DNA from: Candidatus Poribacteria bacterium
Lineage (GTDB): Bacteria; Poribacteria; WGA-4E; PCPOR2b
Reading direction: 5' to 3'
DNA: 64,000 nt
Assembly (NCBI GenBank): GCA_003635265.1
Contig: PYIZ01000010.1
Span: 258,626 to 322,625 of the forward strand
Below the pieces are notes generated by a model. That model had not been told where the DNA came from. It saw only the letters and a program-made list of their open reading frames with translations, and did no database searches. Both the position numbers and the translations under genes were made by a program. Below, piece after piece: positions 27,821 to 36,714 of this stretch (its first letter is position 1; every line of letters begins with the position of its first letter).

Positions 27821-28943
27821 ACGAGTCATTATCGTCGGCGGCGGGGTCATCGGGCTCGGTATCGGCTGGCAGCTAGCAAAGGCAGGCTGCGCTGTTTCGA
27901 TCTATGAACGCGATCAAGCTGGACGCGCTGCGTCGTGGGCGGCAGCGGGCATGTTAGCACCACACGCGGAAGTTCATTTTGAGGAACGTGCCCTCCTCAG
28001 ATTGGGCGTTCAAAGTTGCCGAATGTACCCGGAGTGGGTTGTCGAGTTAGAATCCGATAGTCAGATGAGCGTCGGTTATCGGGCAGAGGGAACACTTATC
28101 GTCGGAGTAGATCGGGACGATGCACGAGAGTTGGGACACCTCTATGAGTCCCAACAACTCCTGGACCTGAAAGTGGAGTGGATTACCGGCGTAGAGGCTC
28201 GTGAGATAGAGCCACTGCTCTCCCCTAAAATCACCGCCGCCATTTGGAGTAGGGACGACCATCAGGTTGACAACCGAGCAATGGTTGATGCACTGATTCG
28301 GGCATATCGAAATGCGCACGGGATACTTCACGAAAATACTCCTGTTGAGAAAATTGAGGTCGTCAACGGAAAGGCAGAAGGGATTTGGGTTAAAGGTAAT
28401 TTAGAAGAAGCCGATGTCATTGTGCTAGCGGCGGGCTGCTGGTCGAACGATATTGACGGCTTGCCGAAAGCCGTGCAACCACCTGTCCGTCCGGTCAAAG
28501 GACAGATGCTCGCATTGCAGATGGAAGAAGGGATCGTTCTGCAAAAAGTTATCCGTGCACCACGTGCCAAGTATCCGACCGATGTTTATTTGGTCCCGAA
28601 AGATAACGGACGCTTGGTGATCGGTGCAACGAATGAAGAGATGGATTTCGACACACGCCTTACAGCGGGGGGCTTATTTGAACTCCTCAGAGGCACATGG
28701 GAAGCTGTTCCGGGCATATATGATCTTCCTGTTCTGGAGACATGGACCGGCTTGCGCCCCGGCAGTCGAGACAACGCACCGATTCTCGGCGAAACAAGCG
28801 TCGAAAATCTGATTATGGCAACCGGACACTACCGCAACGGCATTCTGCTCACCCCCGTCACCGCCCGTGAAATAGCTTCACTCATCTTAACAGGCGAAAA
28901 TTCAGAAACTATCGCACCTTTTCAACTGTCTCGATTTTCATAA
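27792..28943 (+). CDS. thiO: glycine oxidase (FAD-dependent), thiamine biosynthesis
   Basis: FAD fold VIIVGGGVIGLGIGWQLAKAG, DAO-family length, and context immediately upstream of thiS. Confidence 0.8.
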   Translation: MHIHNPRSNKRVIIVGGGVIGLGIGWQLAKAGCAVSIYERDQAGRAASWAAAGMLAPHAEVHFEERALLRLGVQSCRMYPEWVVELESDSQMSVGYRAEGTLIVGVDRDDARELGHLYESQQLLDLKVEWITGVEAREIEPLLSPKITAAIWSRDDHQVDNRAMVDALIRAYRNAHGILHENTPVEKIEVVNGKAEGIWVKGNLEEADVIVLAAGCWSNDIDGLPKAVQPPVRPVKGQMLALQMEEGIVLQKVIRAPRAKYPTDVYLVPKDNGRLVIGATNEEMDFDTRLTAGGLFELLRGTWEAVPGIYDLPVLETWTGLRPGSRDNAPILGETSVENLIMATGHYRNGILLTPVTAREIASLILTGENSETIAPFQLSRFS

Positions 28944-28958
28944 TCATGGAGGGAACAG

Positions 28959-29165
28959 ATGAAAATAAAAGTAAACGGCGAAACAAAAGAAGTTTCACCG
29001 GGGTTAACCCTCCGTCAATTGCTCTTGGATCTGGAAATAGATCCCTCTCGACCGGGGATTGCGGTCGCAATCGACCAAGAAGTGATCCCTAGAACACAGT
29101 GGGAGGAAACAGCAATCCAACCGGAAAGCGAAATCGAGATTATTCGAGCGGCGCAAGGAGGATAA
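28959..29165 (+). CDS. thiS: sulfur carrier protein ThiS
   Basis: 68 aa with a ubiquitin-like fold pattern and a C-terminal GG. Confidence 0.85.
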   Translation: MKIKVNGETKEVSPGLTLRQLLLDLEIDPSRPGIAVAIDQEVIPRTQWEETAIQPESEIEIIRAAQGG

Positions 29166-29190
29166 GAATTCAATCCGAAATGAGGATGTT

Positions 29191-30054
29191 ATGAAAGCCT
29201 TGGAAAAGGGAAATCATCTGATAATCTGGGGGGATACCCTTGATGCTTTGTCGAGCAAAATTCCTGATAGCTCAGTAGATTTAATCTTTACAGATCCTCC
29301 CTACAACATTGGCAAAAACTTCAATGGCAGAAAGGATAAGTGGAGTTCTGAGGAGGCGTACCTCGAATGGTGCTACCAGTGGATTGATCTTTGTCTCCGT
29401 AAGTTAAAAGACAAAGGCAGCTTCTATCTCATGGCTGCCACTCAAAATATGCCCTATTTTGACATCTACCTTCGGGATAAAATCTGCATTCTTTCTCGTA
29501 TAATTTGGTCTTACGATAGTTCGGGGGTCCAAGCCAAGAAATATTACGGCTCTCTATATGAACCGATTCTTTTCTGCGTAAAAGATAGGCAGCAATACAC
29601 TTTTAACGCTGATGATATTCTCGTTGAGGCAAAGACAGGGGCAAAGCGTAAATTAATCGATTACCGAAAGCAGGTTCCCACACAATACAGTTCAAGAAAA
29701 GTGCCGGGGAATGTTTGGGAATTTCCGCGTGTCCGCTACAGAATGGAGGAGTACGAAGAACATCCAACTCAGAAACCCGTTGCATTGCTTGAACGAATTG
29801 TTCGGGCAAGTTCAAACCCCGGCGATCTCATCCTTGACCCCTTCGCTGGTACATTTACAACATGTTTTGTCGCGAAAAAATTGGGGCGTCAATCAATCGG
29901 AATAGAGATAGAGGAAGATTACGTCAAAATTGGGTTGAGAAGACTTCAAATAATGACACATTATAGAGGGGAAGAATTGAAACGAGAACCTCGCTCTTAT
30001 GAGGAACAGGCGAACCCAACCCAACAGACCCTCAAGTTATTCGAGGGAAACTAG
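29191..30054 (+). CDS. DNA methyltransferase, beta-class (DPPY; N6-adenine or N4-cytosine)
   Basis: Motif IV TDPPYNIG precedes motif I ILDPFAGTFTTCFVAKKLGR, which is the beta-class order. The gene is AT-rich. Confidence 0.85.
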   Translation: MKALEKGNHLIIWGDTLDALSSKIPDSSVDLIFTDPPYNIGKNFNGRKDKWSSEEAYLEWCYQWIDLCLRKLKDKGSFYLMAATQNMPYFDIYLRDKICILSRIIWSYDSSGVQAKKYYGSLYEPILFCVKDRQQYTFNADDILVEAKTGAKRKLIDYRKQVPTQYSSRKVPGNVWEFPRVRYRMEEYEEHPTQKPVALLERIVRASSNPGDLILDPFAGTFTTCFVAKKLGRQSIGIEIEEDYVKIGLRRLQIMTHYRGEELKREPRSYEEQANPTQQTLKLFEGN

Positions 30055-31173
30055 ATGGAACACGAATTTACGCAGCAAATTCATGTTGTTTTGCGCTCCG
30101 ATTTTGGCGAAGCAGCAGAAGATATTTTTGAGAAAAGCGAACTCTTGCAGTACCTCAATCTCAAAACCAGATCCGCCACGCGTGGATCAAAAGCAAGAGG
30201 TAGCTTTGCCAATCTTTACGCACTCTACGTGTTAATCGAAGATTACCTTAACCACGGATTTGATGAAAAAGGCAACTACTCAAATTATCAAGGGGCAGCA
30301 TTTACAGACTTATTTAAGCGTCAAAGAGAATTGCCTTTTGGTAATAAGCTGCAGAATCATGCGCTCAACCACCGCATGAACAGCGATTTTCGGAAGTATT
30401 TTCCACAAACCGAGTATATCCCAATTTTACGCGATGTTGAAACAAAGCGTTATTGGATCAATGAAAATCTCCTAAACTTTTCCGTTGCAGGCGATTCGCA
30501 CAATATTGCAAGATCTATTATCAGTATCGTAAATCGCTATATAGAGACGAAGCGGAGTGCATTTGAGGCATTTATTCAAACGTGCGAACGTTTGAAAAGC
30601 ATTAACGAAGAGAGTATAGAAAATGTAGAAGCATTTATTGAAAGCCTCCTCGAACCAAACGCAGATGCACGTATCTTCGAAATTGTCAGTTATGCCATCC
30701 TAAAGTATTACTATAGCAATCAAACCGTTTATTTCGGTTTTGATCTGGAGAGCGTAGAGGAAGAAAACCTCACACTCTATAAAACTGGTCGCACCAATGC
30801 CAATGATGGCGGTATAGACTTTGTTATGCGTCCATTGGGCAGATTTTTTCAAGTGACAGAAACTCTAGACGTAAGAAAATACTTTTTGGATATCGATAAA
30901 ATTGAACGCTATCCTATATCCTTTGTCATCAAATCCGAGGAATCTATTGATGTGCTCAGGCAAAGACTCCAAGCGGGAGCAGAAAAACAGTACCTTATAA
31001 CGGCTATAGTCAGGAAATACATGAATTGTGTTGAAGAAATCATCAATATTCCTGTTTTGAAAAATAGGTTTAATGAGGCGGTGCAGGAAGGCTATTTGCA
31101 GAGTATTCTCGATGAGGTGATTAAACAAAGTAAAGTCGAGTTTAACTATGAAGAGCCGGCTGATACCGTTTGA
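30055..31173 (+). CDS. putative type II restriction endonuclease partner of the methyltransferase
   Basis: The ATG directly abuts the methyltransferase TAG. A possible PD-(D/E)xK-like core is ARIFEIVSYAIL...NANDGGIDFVMRP...FQVTE. One sampled line is 33% GC. I cannot name a specific family. Confidence 0.5.
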   Translation: MEHEFTQQIHVVLRSDFGEAAEDIFEKSELLQYLNLKTRSATRGSKARGSFANLYALYVLIEDYLNHGFDEKGNYSNYQGAAFTDLFKRQRELPFGNKLQNHALNHRMNSDFRKYFPQTEYIPILRDVETKRYWINENLLNFSVAGDSHNIARSIISIVNRYIETKRSAFEAFIQTCERLKSINEESIENVEAFIESLLEPNADARIFEIVSYAILKYYYSNQTVYFGFDLESVEEENLTLYKTGRTNANDGGIDFVMRPLGRFFQVTETLDVRKYFLDIDKIERYPISFVIKSEESIDVLRQRLQAGAEKQYLITAIVRKYMNCVEEIINIPVLKNRFNEAVQEGYLQSILDEVIKQSKVEFNYEEPADTV

Positions 31174-31224
31174 ACTTGCCTTATAACTATAGAAATTGAT
31201 GAAAGAATACAAAAGAGGACAAAG

Positions 31225-32001
31225 ATGGAAGGACTCAAAATTGGTGATACCCTATATCAATCACGACTACTAATCGGCACAGCCGGTTACCCCAATTTCG
31301 ACCTGATGATGCGGTCACTCGAAGCAAGCGGTGCAGAGATCGCCACCGTTGCCATGCGCCGGGTGAAACTCAGCGATGCCTCAGGTGAAAATCTGTTCAA
31401 TCTCCTCCGTGAGAAGGGATATACAATTTTACCGAACACCTCCGGCTGCTTCACCGCAAAAGACGCCCTGTTGACAGCACAACTCGCACGTGAAGCACTC
31501 GATACCTCACTCATCAAGTTGGAAGTTATCGGCGACGACCAAACCCTGTTTCCCGATGTTGAGCAGTTGTTACCCGCAGCCGCAACGCTGGTCAAAGATG
31601 GGTTCACTGTGCTGCCCTACTGCAACGATGATCCGATTACGTGCAAGAAGTTGGAAGATATCGGGTGTGCAACGGTGATGCCGCTAGGGGCACCAATCGG
31701 TTCAGGCATGGGCATCCGCAATCCGTACAATATCCAGATTATCCGTGACATCGTGAGCGTCCCTGTGATTGTCGATGCGGGGGTTGGGACCGCCTCCGAC
31801 GCAGCGATTGCAATGGAACTCGGCTGCGACGGCGTCCTGCTCAGTACCGCAGTCGCCAAAGCCCGTCAACCGGTCCTGATGGCAACCGCCATGCGAAAAG
31901 CGGTAGAGGCAGGCAGAGCAGCATTTTTGGCAGGACGGATTCCGAGAAAACTCTACGCAACAGCGTCGAGTCCTTTGGAAGGTATGATTGGTCAAGAATA
32001 A
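31225..32001 (+). CDS. thiG: thiazole synthase
   Basis: 258 aa with [18 protein letters not shown] and [11 protein letters not shown] motifs typical of ThiG. Confidence 0.9.
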   Translation: MEGLKIGDTLYQSRLLIGTAGYPNFDLMMRSLEASGAEIATVAMRRVKLSDASGENLFNLLREKGYTILPNTSGCFTAKDALLTAQLAREALDTSLIKLEVIGDDQTLFPDVEQLLPAAATLVKDGFTVLPYCNDDPITCKKLEDIGCATVMPLGAPIGSGMGIRNPYNIQIIRDIVSVPVIVDAGVGTASDAAIAMELGCDGVLLSTAVAKARQPVLMATAMRKAVEAGRAAFLAGRIPRKLYATASSPLEGMIGQE

Positions 32002-32028
32002 CTACGGCAGATTTTAAGGAAAATTCCC

Positions 32029-32526
32029 ATGCCAGACGACCACACATCAGCCGAAGATCAACAAGTCGAAGCCGAAGGACAAACACCGGAAACAGAAACA
32101 TTAGCACAATTGCAAGAACTTGCCGAAAGTGGCAACCCCGCAGCCCAAAATGACCTCGGTTGGATGTATCAAAACGGTAGGGGTGTAGTGCAAGATGACA
32201 GAGAGGCAATTAAGTGGTATCGAAAAGCTGCCGAACAAGATTATGCCATAGCCCAAGACAACCTCGGTTGGATGTATCAACACGGCAGAGGTGTCCCGCA
32301 AGACGATGAGAAAGCAGTTAAATGGTATCGAAAAGCCGCTGAGGATGGCAATCTTGCAAAAGCTCAAGACAACCTTGGTTGGATGTACCAACATGGCAGA
32401 GGTGTCCCGCAAGACGATGTAGAGGCGGTCAAATGGTTTCGCAAAGCTGCTGAAGGTGGTTATTCCGCGGCCCAAGCTAATCTTGACTGGATGTATCAAA
32501 ATGGTAGGGGCGTTGAGCAGGTATAG
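32029..32526 (+). CDS. Sel1-like repeat (SLR) protein
   Basis: Four tandem units of AQxNLGWMYQxGRGVPQDDxxAVKWYRKAAExG. Confidence 0.85.
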   Translation: MPDDHTSAEDQQVEAEGQTPETETLAQLQELAESGNPAAQNDLGWMYQNGRGVVQDDREAIKWYRKAAEQDYAIAQDNLGWMYQHGRGVPQDDEKAVKWYRKAAEDGNLAKAQDNLGWMYQHGRGVPQDDVEAVKWFRKAAEGGYSAAQANLDWMYQNGRGVEQV

Positions 32527-32527
32527 A

Positions 32528-32608
32528 TTAATTCACGCCCAACCTACTCCCACTCCCGAATATCCACAAAATGCCCAGCCAGCGCAGTCCCCGCAGCCAT
32601 CTGCAATT
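32528..32608 (-). pseudogene. duplicated remnant of the leuC 3' end (last ~20 codons plus stop and 16 nt downstream)
   Basis: About 85% nucleotide identity to 33427-33506. On the minus strand it translates to [19 protein letters not shown], versus authentic Leu[20 protein letters not shown]. Confidence 0.7.
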
Positions 32609-32680
32609 GGAGGTAATTATACTTGCCCAGATGTCGGTGTATTGCGTCTGTTCAATAATAGAGTACCCTTCAGCTTCCAG

Positions 32681-32836
32681 TTATGCCTTTTTACCGCGTA
32701 ATTTCACCTTTCGCACATAATCTGCCCCGCGGTCAAAAGACTGAGACACCAAATCTGCTGTCAATCCTTCGGTAAGAAAAGCACTCACGGCAACAACACT
32801 ATCAAGGACGACATGCAGTTTTCTTCTGTTTATCAT
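32681..32836 (-). pseudogene. truncated PIN-like toxin fragment (51 codons)
   Basis: MINRRKLHVVLDSVVAVSAFLTEG... resembles the first strand/helix of PIN-family toxins, including the first acidic residue. It stops after 51 aa and lies directly downstream of an AbrB-type antitoxin gene. Confidence 0.3.
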
Positions 32837-33104
32837 ATTCTTCTTGTCGGAGCTCAGCAACTGCGCGTTCAACATCGTGATAGACTTCTTCTTCACTGAT
32901 ACCCCTATTTTGTTCGTGGACGCTGTGCATCAGTTGCAGAAGTTTCTCCCAGTCTTCCGATGCCACCAGCTTTCTGGGCGTAATCACGACGCAATCACCT
33001 TCAATTCGTGCATCTACGACATCACCTTTTTTAAGCCCTAAATTCTCTCGGATTGATTTAGGAATGGTTATCTGTCCATGTTCGAGAATCTTCGCAATTG
33101 CCAT
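32802..33104 (-). CDS. AbrB/MazE/SpoVT-family antitoxin-like DNA-binding protein
   Basis: N-terminal GQITIPKSIRENLGLKKGDVVDARIEGDCVVITP is a classical SpoVT-AbrB swapped-hairpin motif. Confidence 0.7.
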   Translation of the reverse strand: MAIAKILEHGQITIPKSIRENLGLKKGDVVDARIEGDCVVITPRKLVASEDWEKLLQLMHSVHEQNRGISEEEVYHDVERAVAELRQEEYDKQKKTACRP

Positions 33105-33122
33105 ACTATTACCCCTTTTCGT

Positions 33123-33196
33123 ACGTAAGTCCTGTAGTTCGGCGATTCATCGCCATAGAATACCGTTTCCCACGCCCGATGAATCGGGCAACTACA
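33123..33196. repeat. TGTAG...CTACA palindromic element preceded by CGTAAGTCC
   Basis: The 64-nt core at 33133-33196 is TGTAGTTCGGCGATTCATCGCC...GCCCGATGAATCGGGCAACTACA. It has the same hairpins as 20584-20647 in the opposite order. Confidence 0.65.
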
Positions 33197-33313
33197 ATAT
33201 TCATCGGGATCCTTAATAAGTTGGGACTAGTCTCGATTGCTAGCCCGCCGTGATCCAGCCAATAATCCGTGCAATCTGCGGTATCCGTTTAATCCGCGAT
33301 TCAGACAAATGGC

Positions 33314-33384
33314 ACATGTCGCCCCTCTGGGGCTTGGAAGGAGGGACCTATTGCCCGGCTATAGACATATCGCCCCTCTGGGGC
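33314..33384 (+). repeat. paired 20-nt hairpin motif (51-nt spacing)
   Basis: ACATGTCGCCCCTCTGGGGC at 33314-33333 and ACATATCGCCCCTCTGGGGC at 33365-33384. This is the counterpart of 4667-4737. Confidence 0.55.
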
Positions 33385-33440
33385 TAAATGGATCGATGCA
33401 CAGGCTTGATGTATTCAGATGTAGTTGAATTCACCTCAAC

Positions 33441-34844
33441 CTACTTCCACTTCCGAATATCGACAAAATGCCCAGCAATCGCGGCACCCGCAGCCATTTG
33501 CGGACTGACAAGATGCGTCCGTCCACCCTTACCCTGTCTGCCCTCAAAGTTCCGATTCGACGTGCTAGCACACCGCTCACCCGGCATCAGGATATCCGGA
33601 TTCATACCGAGACACATACTACAGCCAGACTCACGCCACTCAAATCCCGCTGCACGGAAAATCTCGTCCAAACCTTCCGCCTCCGCCTGTCGCTTGACCG
33701 CCTGTGATCCCGGCACAACGAGCGCGTTCACCGTCGGAGCAACCTTGCGTCCCTTGGCAATCTCAGCAGCCACGCGCAGATCGTCAATTCGAGAATTGGT
33801 ACAACTCCCGATGAACACCTTATCGATCTGAATTTCCTCAATCGGCGTCAGTGGCTTCAGGTCCATATATTCTAATGCGTGTTCTGCTGCCTGTTTCTCA
33901 TCTTGGGTCGGCATCTTATCCGGATCCGGCACCTGTCCGGTTACCTCAGTCACCATCCCCGGATTCGTCCCCCACGTCACTTGAGGTACCAGCGTCGCAG
34001 CATCAATGGCAATTGACTTATCGTAGACCGCCCCCTCATCCGTCGGTAACTGTTTCCACTTTTCAACCGCCTGATCAAACGCCTCACCCTGTGGACAAAA
34101 ATCACGTCCCGCGAGATATTCGTAAGTCTTATCATCAGGCGCAATCATGCCAGCACGCGCACCCGCTTCAATGGACATATTGCAGACCGTCATCCGCTCC
34201 TCAACGCTCAACGCCCGAATGGCAGATCCAGTGTATTCGACCACTGTGCCCGTGCCCCCAGCGGTCCCGATCCTGCCGATAATCCCCAGAATAATGTCCT
34301 TTGCGGTAACACCACGCCCCAATTTCCCATCAACCTCAATCTTGAAGGTCTGCGGACGCTGCTGCAAAAGGCACTGGGTCGCCAATACATGCTCCACCTC
34401 ACTGGTCCCAATACCGATGGCAAGGGCACCCAACGCCCCATGCGTTGAAGTATGGCTGTCCCCACAAACGATCGTCTTCCCCGGTTGCGTGATACCGAGC
34501 TCAGGTCCAATCACATGCACGATGCCCTGATTGGGGCTATGAAGGTCATACAACGTGATGCCAGTCTCTTCACAATTCTGTGCCAATACCTCCATCTGCT
34601 TGGAGGCAATCTCATCCAGGATCGGGAGGGTTCGATCGGTCGTCGGCACATTGTGATCCATCGTTGCAAAAGTCAGATCTGGGCGGCGCACCTTCCGCCC
34701 CGCGAGCCGGAGCCCTTCAAACGCCTGTGCAGAGGTAATTTCGTGAACGAGATGTGTATCAATATAGAGTATCGTTGTTTCGCCCGGTATTTCGTGGACG
34801 ATGTGTGCATCCCAAATCTTTTCAAACATCGTTTTCGGTGTCAT
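33441..34844 (-). CDS. leuC: 3-isopropylmalate dehydratase large subunit
   Basis: 467 aa, aconitase family. MFEKIWDAH..., VCGDSHT and GSCTNSR cluster-ligand motifs are present. No leuD is adjacent. Confidence 0.9.
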   Translation of the reverse strand: MTPKTMFEKIWDAHIVHEIPGETTILYIDTHLVHEITSAQAFEGLRLAGRKVRRPDLTFATMDHNVPTTDRTLPILDEIASKQMEVLAQNCEETGITLYDLHSPNQGIVHVIGPELGITQPGKTIVCGDSHTSTHGALGALAIGIGTSEVEHVLATQCLLQQRPQTFKIEVDGKLGRGVTAKDIILGIIGRIGTAGGTGTVVEYTGSAIRALSVEERMTVCNMSIEAGARAGMIAPDDKTYEYLAGRDFCPQGEAFDQAVEKWKQLPTDEGAVYDKSIAIDAATLVPQVTWGTNPGMVTEVTGQVPDPDKMPTQDEKQAAEHALEYMDLKPLTPIEEIQIDKVFIGSCTNSRIDDLRVAAEIAKGRKVAPTVNALVVPGSQAVKRQAEAEGLDEIFRAAGFEWRESGCSMCLGMNPDILMPGERCASTSNRNFEGRQGKGGRTHLVSPQMAAGAAIAGHFVDIRKWK

Positions 34845-35101
34845 CTATCTCTCCTACCTATGAAATACTCAATAAAATGCATTTTAATTTCCACTTATTT
34901 AGTATACCCGATTTTTCCTCTCCTGTGCAATATCATAAGCGGATTCTAGGCATTTCCACCTGCCCTGTCCGCTTCATACTTGTCCAACACACTCAATTAT
35001 GGTAAAATGAAAGGACCCAAAGGGTAAATCCCTGCTCCACAAGCTGTAATAAAAAAGGCAATAAAATAACGGTAGGGGTAGCCCGAAAAGGAGTGAAAAC
35101 A

Positions 35102-35353
35102 TTGATAGTTACAGTCAAAGCAATCTACGACGATGGACACCTGATTTTTCACAACAAAGAAGATATTCCGGAGAATGGCACGGAAGTCACCGTCAATTTT
35201 GAAAAGCGATCGAAAACACCTGCGGTCTCATTACGGGGAAGCTGGGCAAAGTATTTCCCAGCAGATATTGATATAGACGAAGAATTACAAAATCTCCGAT
35301 CGGGAACAATTGAGTCCCCGTATGAGTATCCAACAAAACGAGAGAATTCATGA
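35102..35353 (+). CDS. small DUF104/AF2212-like (antitoxin-like) protein
   Basis: IVTVKAIYDDGHLIFHNKEDIPENGTEVTVNF resembles the DUF104 pattern. A TTG start lies 8 nt after AAGGAG; the track start GTG at 35093 is the alternative. There is no adjacent toxin gene. Confidence 0.4.
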   Translation: MIVTVKAIYDDGHLIFHNKEDIPENGTEVTVNFEKRSKTPAVSLRGSWAKYFPADIDIDEELQNLRSGTIESPYEYPTKRENS

Positions 35354-36627
35354 CAAGAATCGGCATTGCAAGCATTGACATAACCCCCCAGCATCCCGTC
35401 TGGCTAACAGGTTATGGCAATCGTGACCACAGATCCGAAGGTGCTTACCAGTCGCTTATCGCCGGGGCTATCTCTATCGCAGGCGACACAGACGAGGCCC
35501 TGATCCTGACCGCGGATCTCATCGGATACGACCTCGCCTACGCAGCGGCGACAAAGAATCGAATCGCAGAATCCACCGGTTTGCTACCACATCAGATCGT
35601 TTTGACAGCGACCCACACCCACTGCGCCCCGTTCTTCTATCCGATGGCAATGCCGGGCGAGGTCGAGAAGGGATACGCAGAATTTCTCTTGAACCAGCTT
35701 GTTCAAGTTGCAGTTTCAGCGAAAAATCAGCAAGTTGAAGGAACGGTAGAGTTTTCGAGGGGGCACTCCGAATTTGGCGTCAGTCGCCGCTTGCCCGATG
35801 GAGAGGGCGGCGTTCTGTTTGCCCCAAATCCAAACGGACCCATGGATCGAGATCTGGATACTCTCTGGCTTAGTAACACAAACGGAGCACTGATCGGCAG
35901 CCTAACAATCTTCGGCTGCCACCCAACAAGCCGAGGCGGCTACATGCTTGGCGGGGATTATCCCGGCTTTCTATGTCGCGCACTGAGCGAACAGACACAA
36001 GCGCCATCATTTTTCGCTACAGGCTGTGCGGGAAACATTCGTCCATGGTTTAAGGGTGAAAACAACGGCTTTAACACACCATCGCTCGAAGAGCTGGAAA
36101 CTGCCTCCCGGCGGATCGCGGATGAGGTGATGCAATCCCGACCACACGCCACTCCAGTGAACGCTGAAGAGTTGTCAGTCACAAGCGAATTTCATCACCT
36201 GCCGTATGCTGAACTGCCTGATGATGCATCGCTTCGTGATAATGCAGAAAACCACGCCAATCCACTCATAAGACATTGGGCATCAGAAATGCTCAAGTTA
36301 TCCGCGGTGGGCGGATTGCCCAGCAGCTGTCCACAAGAGATTCAGGTGGTGCAATTCAACGAAGCAACACGAGTCATCTTCCTCGGCGGTGAGGTGTTGG
36401 CAGAAATAGGTCTACACATCAAAAGTGCGCTCCAACCTGCGACAACAATTACGGTCGCTTACAGCAACGGCCTGATTGCCTACGTGCCGAGTAAGGCGAC
36501 CTATGACCTCGGTGGATACGAAGTGGATGGCTCTCACTTCTACTTCTTGCGTCCTGCCCCTTTTGCAAAGGAGATTGAGGATCTGATTGTTGCCAAGACG
36601 GTAGATATAGTCCAGAAAACAGGTTGA
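35350..36627 (+). CDS. neutral/alkaline ceramidase-like N-terminal domain protein (hypothetical hydrolase)
   Basis: IGIASIDITPQHPVWLTGYGNR...ALILTADLIGYD resembles this family. The start overlaps the previous stop (ATGA). Confidence 0.45.
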   Translation: MTRIGIASIDITPQHPVWLTGYGNRDHRSEGAYQSLIAGAISIAGDTDEALILTADLIGYDLAYAAATKNRIAESTGLLPHQIVLTATHTHCAPFFYPMAMPGEVEKGYAEFLLNQLVQVAVSAKNQQVEGTVEFSRGHSEFGVSRRLPDGEGGVLFAPNPNGPMDRDLDTLWLSNTNGALIGSLTIFGCHPTSRGGYMLGGDYPGFLCRALSEQTQAPSFFATGCAGNIRPWFKGENNGFNTPSLEELETASRRIADEVMQSRPHATPVNAEELSVTSEFHHLPYAELPDDASLRDNAENHANPLIRHWASEMLKLSAVGGLPSSCPQEIQVVQFNEATRVIFLGGEVLAEIGLHIKSALQPATTITVAYSNGLIAYVPSKATYDLGGYEVDGSHFYFLRPAPFAKEIEDLIVAKTVDIVQKTG

Positions 36628-36714
36628 CTCCGTCCATCGACAAGAAACGCCACACAACAAGAGGCACGGCTTTAGACCCCTAAATCAGTCTGAGGGTTCT
36701 GCCGCGAAAAGATT

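Noticed and set aside
29191-29270. Possible duplication of the thiG 5' end at the methyltransferase start (GGTGATACCCT versus GGGGATACCCT), by analogy with the leuC and folB duplications.
   Set aside because: Only an ~11-nt match, at different distances from the two ATGs. No extended alignment exists, so it is probably chance.
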